From contig JAZNOK010000135.1 in assembly GCA_045580775.1 (NCBI GenBank), forward strand, positions 1-45,720: DNA of 45,720 nt, in the 5' to 3' direction. The stretch is from Eubacteriales bacterium (GTDB taxonomy: Bacteria; Bacillota; Clostridia; Oscillospirales; CAG-272). Positions 7,873 to 17,400 of this stretch are shown here, piece by piece (position 1 is the stretch's first letter; each line of letters begins with the position of its first letter). The translations under genes and the position numbers were made by a program. The notes beneath the pieces are model-generated. The model made no database searches. It saw only the letters and a program-made list of their open reading frames with translations, and had not been told where the DNA came from.

Positions 7873-8799
7873 ATGAAAAGAAAGTACAAACCCGAAGGCA
7901 TGGGCTGTGATAATAATTACAACTGTGCTATAAGATCTCCATTGACATTGGTTGGCAGTGACGAAATACTGGAAGGTACAGTAATTAAGTGTGACTCATC
8001 TCTAAACCTATGGATTGACTATCGAGGAATAAAATGTCTTATGCCAAGGGAAGAGGTCACATATCTTTTCCCCGGAGAAAACCTCAAAGATATAGCAATT
8101 ATAAGCAGAGTAGGAAAAAGAGTCTGTTTTAAAGTTATCGGGACGTGTTCAAAGGACAAGGGAATGCCGCAACTTACAGTTTCCCGAAGGTTGGCACAAC
8201 TGGATTGCCTTGAACACTACATAGAACATTTGTCCCCGGGAGATATAATAGACGCAAAGGTCACTCACATGGAACAGTTCGGAGCCTTTTGCGACATCGG
8301 ATGCGGTATAATATCTCTTCTGAGCGTAGATTGTATTTCTGTATCCAGAATTTCACATCCAAAGGACAGATTCGATATCGGGAATGTTATCCGTGCAGTC
8401 GTAAAATGCAAAACTGACGAAGGACGTATATACCTCACTCACAGAGAACTCCTTGGAACCTGGGAAGAAAATGCAGCTTATTTTTCTGTAGGTCAGACCG
8501 TTGCAGGAATTGTGCGAAGTGTTGAAAGCTACGGCATCTTTGTCGAGCTGACACCGAATCTTGCAGGGTTAGCCGAGTTAAAAGATGATGTTCTTCCCTC
8601 TCAATGTGCTGCGGTTTACATAAAAAACATTATCCCCGAGAGAATGAAGATCAAACTTGTACTCATAGATTCAAAAGGAGATACACAGCAAAACAAACAG
8701 ATAAAATATATTGGAAACATATATAAAGAAGACCATATAGACAGATGGATGTATAGTCCTTCCTATTCACAAAAAGTCGTTGAAACTGTGTTTATATAA
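7873..8799 (+). CDS. S1 RNA-binding domain protein (multiple S1 repeats)
   Basis: Repeated S1-like blocks: GDIIDAKVTHMEQFGAFCDIG..GIISLLSV and GQTVAGIVRSVESYGIFVELTPNLAGLAEL. Confidence 0.7.
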   Translation: MKRKYKPEGMGCDNNYNCAIRSPLTLVGSDEILEGTVIKCDSSLNLWIDYRGIKCLMPREEVTYLFPGENLKDIAIISRVGKRVCFKVIGTCSKDKGMPQLTVSRRLAQLDCLEHYIEHLSPGDIIDAKVTHMEQFGAFCDIGCGIISLLSVDCISVSRISHPKDRFDIGNVIRAVVKCKTDEGRIYLTHRELLGTWEENAAYFSVGQTVAGIVRSVESYGIFVELTPNLAGLAELKDDVLPSQCAAVYIKNIIPERMKIKLVLIDSKGDTQQNKQIKYIGNIYKEDHIDRWMYSPSYSQKVVETVFI

Positions 8800-8804
8800 A
8801 TGAT

Positions 8805-8845
8805 GGGTACTATCCAAAAAAAACGGATAGTACCCACTATTTTTC
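8805..8845 (+). terminator. Intrinsic terminator after the S1-domain gene
   Basis: GGGTACTATCC (8805-8815), loop of 9 nt, GGATAGTACCC (8825-8835), then ACTATTTTT. Confidence 0.7.
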
Positions 8846-8867
8846 TATAAAAACCATGCACGCGAGT

Positions 8868-9590
8868 TTAAACAACCATACCGCCGTTGGAGCTGATTAC
8901 CTGTCCCGTGATATATCCTGCACCATCACCGCTCAAAAAATAAATAAGCTCGGCTATCTCACGAGGTGATCCTATCCTCATAAGCGGAATTTCATCTGTT
9001 AGCATTTCGAGATCCTCTTTTGAGAGATGTGAGTTCATCTCCGTATCAATAACACCCGGAGCTACAGCGTTTACAGTAATATTTGACGGTCCAAGCTCCT
9101 TCGCGAGAGCTTTAGTCATACCTATAAGTCCCGCCTTTGCAGTTGAGTAATGAACCTCACATGATGCACCGACAATCCCCCACATAGAAGAAACATTTAT
9201 GATTCTTCCGTTCTTTTTGTGTATCATATCCGAAAGAACGCCCTGACACAGCAAATAAGGAGCCGTCAGATTTACGGAGATCATCCTGTTCCAATCATCA
9301 AATGTAATATCCGAGAAAAGTTTGATCTCTGATACGGCAGCATTATTTATCAGAATATCGACTCCTGACTCGCCAAAGTGGTTTTTTGATATCTCCAAGA
9401 CTCTTAGTATATCATCATATGATTCAAGATCGCATCTGAGTGCCAATGCATCATACTGCTCGCAGAGTAGGTTAGCTTGTTGCTTTGAATCTTTGTATGT
9501 AAAACATACCCTGTCTCCTCTTTGGCAAAAAAGCTTCACGCATTCTGCTCCTATTCCCCTTGATCCTCCTGTAATCAAAACATTTCTCAT
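8868..9590 (-). CDS. Short-chain dehydrogenase/reductase (FabG-like)
   Basis: TGGSRGIG cofactor motif, NNAA, and the catalytic S...YSTAK triad pattern. 240 aa. Confidence 0.85.
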   Translation of the reverse strand: MRNVLITGGSRGIGAECVKLFCQRGDRVCFTYKDSKQQANLLCEQYDALALRCDLESYDDILRVLEISKNHFGESGVDILINNAAVSEIKLFSDITFDDWNRMISVNLTAPYLLCQGVLSDMIHKKNGRIINVSSMWGIVGASCEVHYSTAKAGLIGMTKALAKELGPSNITVNAVAPGVIDTEMNSHLSKEDLEMLTDEIPLMRIGSPREIAELIYFLSGDGAGYITGQVISSNGGMVV

Positions 9591-9709
9591 ACGGATAATC
9601 TCCCTTTTGAATCTTTACTACTGACAACCTTAACTATAGCATTACTGATCATTTATGTCAATCAAAAAAAGAAAAAATGTCCCGTCGCAGCGGAACATTT
9701 TTTCTTTTT

Positions 9710-9937
9710 TCAGTCATCCAGGCGTGAACTTACTGCTCTTTCATCGGTTTCTCTGAACAGAAGCGAGATACACCATATACCGCATAAAGCAACCAGAGTA
9801 TATACGATTCTTGCTCCTACCGATGCCTGACCGCCGAACAGCCATGCTACCACATCAAATTTAAAAAGTCCGATTGACCCCCAATTGAGTGCCCCTACTA
9901 TCGTAAGTGCTAATGCTAATCTGTCAAAAATCATCAT
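9710..9937 (-). CDS. DUF378-family small membrane protein
   Basis: MMIFDRLALALTIVGALNWGSIGLF...two-TM pattern. RBS AAGGAG (complement of 9949-9954) sits upstream of ATG 9937. The longer track ORF start at 10006 lacks an RBS. Confidence 0.65.
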   Translation of the reverse strand: MMIFDRLALALTIVGALNWGSIGLFKFDVVAWLFGGQASVGARIVYTLVALCGIWCISLLFRETDERAVSSRLDD

Positions 9938-10009
9938 TTGTTTTTTTCTCCTTGCTATTCTTTTTGATCCGTAGTTAGTTTTATCCCTTTGTATAAAAAT
10001 ATACACAAA

Positions 10010-10702
10010 TCATAAAGACTTTTTTTCATTAATATGCAAAAACAACTTTTGTAGTGCAGCCTTTTCGATTCTTGACACATAAGAACGAGATATGTGCAGT
10101 GTTGATGCCACCTCACGCTGAGTCAGCGGCTCGCTTCCGTCAAGACCGTATCTCATTACGATTATACATCTCTCTCTGGGACTTAGAACATGCTCGATCA
10201 ATTCGTACGCACGCTTTATATTTATTCTTTTATCAATATCCTCAGCTATTGTATCATCTACCGATATAATATCTATGTACGTCAGAGGATTTCCGTCTTT
10301 GTCAATATCTATCGTTTCGTTTATTGATATCTCACTTTGAATCTTCCTTTGTGACCTAAAATGCATCAGTATCTCATTCTGAATACATTTAGCTGCATAG
10401 GTAGCAAAGCGTGCACCGCATTCAACCTTAAATGAGTCGATCGCTTTAATTAGACCTATGCTACCGATAGATATCAGATCTTCTTGATTTGAATGGGATG
10501 AATAGTACTTTCTTACTATATGTGCAACAAGGCGGAGATTATGCTCTATCAGCTTTGAACGTGCTCTCTCATCTCCTTTTGACATTTTTAAAAACTCGGC
10601 ACTTTCTTCCTTTTTGGACAAAGGAGGAGGAAAGCATTGACCGTTTGAAACTCCAAGCAGGAGATATATGTAATTTAATGCAATATACGCCGCGTTATCC
10701 AT
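10010..10702 (-). CDS. sigK: Sporulation sigma factor, pro-sigma-K-like, uninterrupted
   Basis: A ~20-aa hydrophobic pro-sequence is followed by FPPPLSKKEE, LIEHNLRLVAHIVRKY, DLISIGSIGLIKAI, ATYAAKCIQNEILMHFR and ISRSYVSRIEK. The LVAHIV and ILMH blocks favour SigK over SigE. Confidence 0.65.
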   Translation of the reverse strand: MDNAAYIALNYIYLLLGVSNGQCFPPPLSKKEESAEFLKMSKGDERARSKLIEHNLRLVAHIVRKYYSSHSNQEDLISIGSIGLIKAIDSFKVECGARFATYAAKCIQNEILMHFRSQRKIQSEISINETIDIDKDGNPLTYIDIISVDDTIAEDIDKRINIKRAYELIEHVLSPRERCIIVMRYGLDGSEPLTQREVASTLHISRSYVSRIEKAALQKLFLHINEKKSL

Positions 10703-10704
10703 AT

Positions 10705-10746
10705 AAAAACCCTCCGCACATAACTGTTACCAGTATATGCGGAGGG
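10705..10746 (-). terminator. Terminator of the BNR lipoprotein gene. Its 3' arm contains the only Shine-Dalgarno-like sequence of sigK.
   Basis: On the minus strand, CCCTCCGCATATA pairs with TATGTGCGGAGGG (13 bp including one G-U, 11-nt loop; plus-strand coordinates 10710-10746), followed by TTTTTAT and then the sigK ATG (10702-10700). Confidence 0.75.
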
Positions 10747-10769
10747 GGCTTGTTTGGTTGTATGTCCAA

Positions 10770-12620
10770 TCAGCTCAATTTGATCTTCAACCAGTTGGAT
10801 GCATCTGTCATCTGCAGATCTCCAACACTATCACTCTTGAGCTTTGCTTCAGCACTGTCTCTGTTATAAAGAACAGGATTAAATATCAGAGTATCCGTAT
10901 CTCCGAATACAGACTTCGGAATTTTCAGCTCTATTACATAACCCTTATCCTTACCCGAGAAATCATCTATAGTACCGTCTACGGATACTGCTGCTTCAAG
11001 CTTATCTTTGGATACTGTTATACCACCCTTGTTTACGGTGATCTTACCTTCTGCCGAAACTGCAACATTGAGGTATTTACCGGTCTTGTAATTACCTACA
11101 AGAAAGGCTACCTTATCGTCCGAAGCAATATAATAATCCAGCACCTCAGCAGCAAAATATATATTCTCTTCATCCTGTGATGCTCTGATAGAAGCTTGTG
11201 CCTGAGATTCGCTTCCTACAAAGAATGCGTCGGTTACATCCTTCCATTCATCGACGTTACCGTCAACTGTAATGTTGGCTTTCTTTGCAGTAATCGTATG
11301 ATCAAGATAAAACTTACCTATATAGATACCGGACTTGCTTGAAGCGGGAGCGGTTCCGATAATCGTGTGAGAACCAACAACTTCAGTAGAGCCCCAAATA
11401 GACATAGCTACATCAGGACCGAACGCTTCTACTCTTGCGTTAAATTCTGTGGCGTTACTGTCACCAACACAGGTAAACCAATCTGCACCCCAGTGATAGG
11501 AAAGAACGGTCTCGCCGGACTCAAACTGTCTTATGTAAGGACCTGCTCCCTTAAGGAATGCATTTTTCTTGAGAGATGCGGGGCCTTCTTCATCCAGTCC
11601 GAGACGATCAGGCCAGGAATTTTCTCCCTGAGAATATGCAAACGACAGATTGTATGTTTTGTTCTTGTCCCCATCTTTTCCTATTCTGACTTCAAGAGCA
11701 AGTGCAATATTTCCGTTATTGAGCTGCCATGCAACAGGCATCTGGCCGCTGTAGTATTTTCCGTCGCTGCCGGTTTTCGTGTACTGCTGTGCCACTATCT
11801 GAGCAGAATACAGGACCTTCGGGTCATTGTCCCATGTCAGTCCGTTATCAAAAGAACGTATCATCGCTGTTCCTGTAGAGTTGTCGTCTGCTCTTCCGAA
11901 CATATTGGCAGGAGCTCCTGCTATATGTGTATTAGTCCAGTACATCTGTACTTCACCGGATTCAAGCTGAAGCAGAGACGGCTCCCATACACCGCCTGTA
12001 TAAACCGTCTGTATATCAGACCAGGTGGCACCGTTATCGGTAGATCTTCTGATTCGAATACCGTCTGTAGTAACATCGGTTTTATAAGTTTTGTAACCTC
12101 TGAATCCTGCAGCAGCAATAATATCTCCATTTTTCAATACGATTGCATCAGCGGAAGCATACAAAGGAGCGTCCTTTGTTTTTGCACTTCCCTCAAACAG
12201 TCTCTCGGTTCCATACCAAGTCTTGAGATCCTTTGAACGTGATATGTAGATGTGATTTCCTGTCTGACCGTTCATAAAGAGCAGGATATACTCACCGTTT
12301 GCAGTTTGCTTTATTCTCGGATACCAAACTTCCGTTGTGCCGGTAATACCCGTATCAAGAATGTATCTTTCTCTGTAATTGAGCTCTAGGTGACTGTTTT
12401 TCCATTCATCCTTATGTGAGTCAGTCTCACTGCTAAGGTTGTAATCAGAAATTGATGAAATATTCAGCTCTTGCGGTGTTTGCACCTCTTCTCCGCCTCC
12501 TGTTGTTGTCTGATCGGTTTCTGCGAGCGTGCTACTGTCCTGTGTCACAGTTTGCTTGCACGCACAGAAACAAAGCACCCCAAGTATCAATAACAATAAT
12601 ACGATCAAATGCTTTTTCAT
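10770..12620 (-). CDS. Lipoprotein BNR/Asp-box beta-propeller protein (sialidase-superfamily fold) with a C-terminal carbohydrate-binding-like domain
   Basis: Signal peptide plus lipobox (MKKHLIVLLLLILGVLCFCAC). Asp-boxes SRSKDLKTW, RSTDNGATWS and RSFDNGLTWD, plus YPRIK. The C-terminal DEWKDVTDAFFVG...IYFAAEV block parallels the 5976-7688 product. Confidence 0.7.
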   Translation of the reverse strand: MKKHLIVLLLLILGVLCFCACKQTVTQDSSTLAETDQTTTGGGEEVQTPQELNISSISDYNLSSETDSHKDEWKNSHLELNYRERYILDTGITGTTEVWYPRIKQTANGEYILLFMNGQTGNHIYISRSKDLKTWYGTERLFEGSAKTKDAPLYASADAIVLKNGDIIAAAGFRGYKTYKTDVTTDGIRIRRSTDNGATWSDIQTVYTGGVWEPSLLQLESGEVQMYWTNTHIAGAPANMFGRADDNSTGTAMIRSFDNGLTWDNDPKVLYSAQIVAQQYTKTGSDGKYYSGQMPVAWQLNNGNIALALEVRIGKDGDKNKTYNLSFAYSQGENSWPDRLGLDEEGPASLKKNAFLKGAGPYIRQFESGETVLSYHWGADWFTCVGDSNATEFNARVEAFGPDVAMSIWGSTEVVGSHTIIGTAPASSKSGIYIGKFYLDHTITAKKANITVDGNVDEWKDVTDAFFVGSESQAQASIRASQDEENIYFAAEVLDYYIASDDKVAFLVGNYKTGKYLNVAVSAEGKITVNKGGITVSKDKLEAAVSVDGTIDDFSGKDKGYVIELKIPKSVFGDTDTLIFNPVLYNRDSAEAKLKSDSVGDLQMTDASNWLKIKLS

Positions 12621-12644
12621 AACGATATCACTCCTTTTACTGTG

Positions 12645-12673
12645 ATTATAACAAATAACATATCTAAAATCAA
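12645..12673 (-). promoter_or_regulatory. Promoter of the BNR lipoprotein gene
   Basis: Minus strand: TTGATT (12673-12668), 17 nt, TGT-TATAAT (12650-12645), an extended -10. RBS AAGGAG follows at 12636-12631. Confidence 0.65.
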
Positions 12674-12783
12674 TATATTTTTATTCATTATAACATATAA
12701 ATGCTATTATTTCTATGAATGTTTTCACAAATATATTGCAAAAATCACACAAATAAACACTACTTGTCTTCTTCATATAAAAA

Positions 12784-12821
12784 ATATCAGTCAGTCTGAA
12801 TACGACTGACTGATATTTTTT
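12784..12821. terminator. Bidirectional terminator downstream of the SBP gene
   Basis: ATATCAGTCAGTC (12784-12796), loop TGAATAC, GACTGACTGATAT (12804-12816). A-run before and T-run after. Confidence 0.8.
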
Positions 12822-12848
12822 GTAATGATCAAATGAGCATTCAGGTAT

Positions 12849-14333
12849 TTATTCGGTAATAAACTGAGAATTGATAGCATCGATAGTTGCCTTTGCCATA
12901 TCTCCGTTTTCCTGGTAGATCTGCTGGAAAGAAAGGCTGGTATTCTTGTAAAGAGAGCCAAGTCTGGTTGTAATATTGCCTACCTTGTAATAGGTTCCTA
13001 CATCGAATACGCGACTTGCAAAAATGATATCAAGCATATCTGCCGATTCATCGTCACGAATCTGCTTTCCTACAAGAGTATCCTCATAGTAACCGGGCTT
13101 GGTAATTTCCTGGCCCTTTGCAGCCATAAATTCAGATACAGAACCGGAAAGGGACTCGCTGTAGTGATTGAAAGGAATGCAGAAGAACTCAGTATGGTAT
13201 GAAGAAACAAGATGTCCGTAGTTTTCCTGTGTTTCTTCAAGCTTAGGATAAGGAAGAATACCAAAGTCAGTATCACTGTCTCTGTGGTGAGTTGTTGTAG
13301 AGAGAAGGTTGAGATAGAACAGTGCTCTGTTGGAGTCAAAGATCTCTTTTCTCAGATCATCCCATTCTGTACTAAGTACCTGATAGTTTGCAGAATAAGC
13401 TGTGTTCATAGCCAGATCAGTAAACTTATCGTAAAGGGTCTGAGTTCTGTTATTATACATAGTGAATGTGAGATTTCCGTTTTCATCCACAGAAGCAATT
13501 CTTTCATCAGCTGCAGCCATGATCTGAAGCATAGAGTCATTCCAGGTAAGAAGACCATATACCTTTTCATTCTCCGCTATACCCTCACCGGATGTATCTG
13601 CTCCGGCCTTAACAAGTGTAGCGAGGTTGTCAAGTGTCCATGTGCCGTTCTTTACAAACTCGTAAGGAGATGTAAGATTCTTTGAAGTGATCATATCCTT
13701 ATTAAAGAATACGCAGTGGGTAAATACGTTGTCAACTATGCTGATGTCACCTGTGGTGTAGTACATCTTTCCCTGTATGTTAAGGTCCTTGTTTGCTACC
13801 TGATCCCACCAAGAGTTGTTAAGATTAATATAATCGATCTCATGAAGATCTGCCAAGAATCCGTTACGAGCAGCGTTGCAAATGTCGTATGTACCAATCA
13901 TGCATGAATCATACATAACATCGCCCGAAGTGTAGGACTTCTGAAGTTCAGAAAAACCGTTGCCGGAGCCGGTGCAGTTGGACCATTTCAGCTTGTCTAC
14001 TGCTTCTATAACGATATCAAACTTTTCCTCTGTGGTCTTTATCCACTGATATTTTGCGTTGCTGAGGCTTTCATTTATAGTCTCATCATATTCAAAGTCA
14101 TTTCCGTAATGCTGTGAACCGTGCTTGTAATCAATATTACCCGAAACAAGAATAGTATACTGATATCCGTCCTGCTTCGTTTCGTCAATTACAAGAGTGT
14201 CCTTCTCTTCTTCACCTGTATCCACAGGCTGAGTCTGTTCCGGTGCAGTTGTTTGCTCCGCTTTGTCGGTGCAAGATGCGAACATTGATACACACATAAC
14301 TGCAAACAGACAAATTGCAATAATCTTTTTCAT
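12849..14333 (-). CDS. Lipoprotein, large extracellular solute-binding protein (ABC family-1-like), with no cognate permease or ATPase nearby
   Basis: MKKIIAICLFAVMCVSMFASC lipobox. A Thr/Glu-rich linker is followed by ~450 aa with the general composition of the large sugar-binding SBPs of Firmicutes. RBS GGGGG before ATG 14333. Confidence 0.55.
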   Translation of the reverse strand: MKKIIAICLFAVMCVSMFASCTDKAEQTTAPEQTQPVDTGEEEKDTLVIDETKQDGYQYTILVSGNIDYKHGSQHYGNDFEYDETINESLSNAKYQWIKTTEEKFDIVIEAVDKLKWSNCTGSGNGFSELQKSYTSGDVMYDSCMIGTYDICNAARNGFLADLHEIDYINLNNSWWDQVANKDLNIQGKMYYTTGDISIVDNVFTHCVFFNKDMITSKNLTSPYEFVKNGTWTLDNLATLVKAGADTSGEGIAENEKVYGLLTWNDSMLQIMAAADERIASVDENGNLTFTMYNNRTQTLYDKFTDLAMNTAYSANYQVLSTEWDDLRKEIFDSNRALFYLNLLSTTTHHRDSDTDFGILPYPKLEETQENYGHLVSSYHTEFFCIPFNHYSESLSGSVSEFMAAKGQEITKPGYYEDTLVGKQIRDDESADMLDIIFASRVFDVGTYYKVGNITTRLGSLYKNTSLSFQQIYQENGDMAKATIDAINSQFITE

Positions 14334-14416
14334 AATAACCCCCATTATTATTAAATTTGAAACTTAATATTTAAACGGATCTACCGTCAAAAATAACTTG
14401 CAGATTATGCGGATAT

Positions 14417-14447
14417 GCCGGCGGAGAGTGAAACACTCCCCGTCGGC
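14417..14447 (-). other. Intercistronic stem-loop between the DUF5107-like gene and the SBP gene (no U-tract)
   Basis: 14 pairing positions between 14417-14430 and 14434-14447, with one mismatch and one G-U. Not followed by a T-run on the coding (minus) strand. Confidence 0.4.
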
Positions 14448-14476
14448 CACTCCGAACTATCAGTCATTAGTCTCAA

Positions 14477-17400
14477 TTAGATATTAAGAAATTCGCTCAT
14501 TCCGTCTTTTGCAGAATACGCAAATGCAAGAAGTTTTGAATAATATGCGTCACGCTCTGTCTTTGCATCATCAAGATAAGAGATAAAGAAGGGCTGCTGT
14601 GCAAAGTAACCGCTGTCTACTCTCCTCATCTCATTCTGCCATCTGTCGATATATTTTGCGAGAAGAGCATCTGCATCATCCTCGCGTCCGAGCTTCTTGA
14701 GAGACATCGCCTCGTAGATGGGAAGCTCAGGCAGGTACATATCGGAGAAGAAGTCAAGATAGATACCCGAGATATACTCGTAGATCTTGTTTGCTTCCTC
14801 GGGACGTCCGAGCTTCTGCAGGGTAAGTGCCTCGTAGTACTGGGAAGGAACGAGCGGGTCTACGTGCCACAGACCGGCACCGAGATTATCGGGAATGACC
14901 TGTGCAACTCTGAATGCTTCAAGTGCCTTTTCGTATTCACCCTTCGCATAAAGATCCTTGCCCTTGCCGTACCAGGAATTCATGTGCTGCTTAGCAACTA
15001 TGGTCTCACCACCCTCGCAAGGAGTGAAGATGTGATTGTTGATAAGGTAGAGTGCGTCGTCGTACTTACCTGCACGGATATGTGCAGCTGCCCACTCGGT
15101 TACTATATCATCGCGGGCATCAGCAAGAGAAGGTACGAGTGCCTCGATCTCACGGGCAGTCTTCTCAGCGTCATAGCCGATCTTGTTGAGAAGGTATGCC
15201 TTCTCATATATGAGTTCTTCCTCAGCGGGATTAAGAGCGATAGCTTCATCAAGAGCTACCAGAGCTTTCTTGTGCTGTCCCTTCTTCCAGAAGTAAGCAG
15301 CTACGTTTCTCTTAGCCTCGTATCTGTTGATATCCTTCCAAAGGTCGTATGCAGCATCATAACGCTTACGAGCGAAGTGCAGGCAGCCGAGGAGATACTT
15401 AGCATACTCTGAATCGGAAGCCTCAAGAACTGCGATCTCCTGAGGTCTTGACGGGAATGCTTTGTGCATCTCGTTTGCAAGCTCAGGTCTGCCGATCATG
15501 TATGCAACGGTGGGAGCGATATCATCAACGTACTTGGGGAGGTTTGAAAGAAGTGCCTTTACCTCATCGTCAAAACCTGCCGTAAGCATGTCAAACGCAA
15601 GGTCAAGACAAGTTTGGGAAGGATTGGAGGAAAGCTTCGTGTAGAACTCTTGCTCGGTTATCATACCGCAGAGATATGCACCGAATCTTGCAAGGTGGTT
15701 GAGCTTGTCGCGGTTAAGCTCAGCCTCAAGTCTTGCCTTAGCACAATCTACGCAACCCGCCTTATAAAGAGCGATAGCGGCGATAGCAGCGGCAATAGCG
15801 TTGTCGGAGTTTCGGGAGATAGCAGTATCTGCGAGCTTAACTGCACTCTTGTACTCGCCCTTCTGAGCGTCAAGCATGGACGCTCTGGTCATAGCAGCGG
15901 AGATAGAATCCTCGCTCCACGCGGACTTGCGGTAAAGATCGTAAGCTGCCTTGGTGTTTCCAAGCATCTCGTTAGCATAAGCAAGCAGATAAAGAGTCTT
16001 TCCGCTCTCCATATGGTAGCAATACTTCGTTGCCGCCTTTACAGCAGCCTCAAGAGAAGCCTTAGCCTGTGCAAATTCACCTCTGGTGATTGCAGTCTCG
16101 CCAAGAGCGGTAAGAGCAGGAATATATTCGGGATCGATCTCAAGAGCCGCCTTGAAGTAAGCGTCCGGATCTGCCTTAGGATCTCTGTAACGGAGGAAGT
16201 GCATACCTGCGAGGTATCTCGACTCAGCAGTATGGAGCTCGTTATGCATAGGAACCTCGGGGAAGAGATCCGGCAGAGGCTGCTGCTCGCGAACCTTCTG
16301 CTCGTAGTAAAGCTCGTCAACACGGATCTCGTACTCGGAAGCGTCAAACTCAGCTACGGGAATCTCAGTAACCTGTCCTGCCTTAAGAGCAACAGTACCG
16401 TCAAAGAGAGTTACGCCCTTGGAAGTAAGAGTAACTTTTGCTGCTTCGTTGTCAGCAACGGGCTGGATCTTTACAAGACCGCTCTTGACATTAACTGCGT
16501 ACTGAAGATCTGCGTAAGAAGGAACTCCGAGTGCAGAGAGAGGATACCAGAACTGAGAGAAGTTCTTGGTCTCGTAAGGCTCGAGCCATGCAAAGTCAGG
16601 CTGGTTATTAGTATAAGAACCTGCCATAAGCTCTGCGTATCCAGAGTAAGAACCGTACTCAGAATCGGTAAGATGTCTCTCCCATGACTGTGAAAGCTGA
16701 TTGTACGCCCATGTGAACATCTTCTTACCGGTAGAGACGTGGTGATCGCCTATATGTACTACTCCGCACTTCTTGCCGTTGTCATAGCCACCGAAATAAT
16801 CGTAATCGGATGCAGCACAGAAGAAGGAGGTGGAGAACTTGGTGTTGATGTGCTTTGATATATCAACTCCGCTCTCCTCAAATTTATATCCGTTGAACAT
16901 TCCGTTCGCGATAGGATATGTAGTATTAGAGCGTCTGTAATGGAAATGAACGTGGTCAACGTCAGACGGGAAGAATATTTCATATTCAGGGTTGACCGGA
17001 ACAGCAGTGTTCTCCCACCAGAGGAAGGAGTGACGGATAGGTGTTCTGTTCGTAACCTTCATTCTTGTTTCAAACATAGCCTTGTCGGGCTCAAGACGTA
17101 TACCTACCATTCCCTTCATGCGGTCGATAGGATCGTGCTCGGAGCACCATACAGTAACCGCACCGTTATCCTCGTACTCGATCTCGTAGTCTACAGGCAT
17201 AAAGGTCGAAGGACGGTGGTGATAGGGCCAGTTGAACTCAACTCCGCCCGAGATCCAGGATCCGAGTGCACCGATAAGTGCAGGCTTAATAACGTTTTGA
17301 CGGTAGAAGAAGTCATAACCCGTCGTCTTATCCTTTGCGGAGAAGATCCTACCGCCTATTTCAGGAATAATTACAAGCTCGATGTAATCATTCTCAAGCT

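Noticed and set aside
10010-10702. Possible interruption of sigK by a skin-like element.
   Set aside because: The ORF is continuous from the pro-sequence through region 4 (ISRSYVSRIEK), so no intervening element is present.
15614-16687. A long (357-aa) plus-strand ORF. Similar antisense ORFs lie at 14864-15412, 16940-17590, 11367-12236, 13212-13685 and 27373-27996.
   Set aside because: All lie antisense to much longer ORFs with clear family signatures. Their translations are low-complexity (Ser/Leu/Cys/Val-rich), with no RBS and no recognisable motifs. They are expected by-products of the G/C-ending codon bias of the sense genes.
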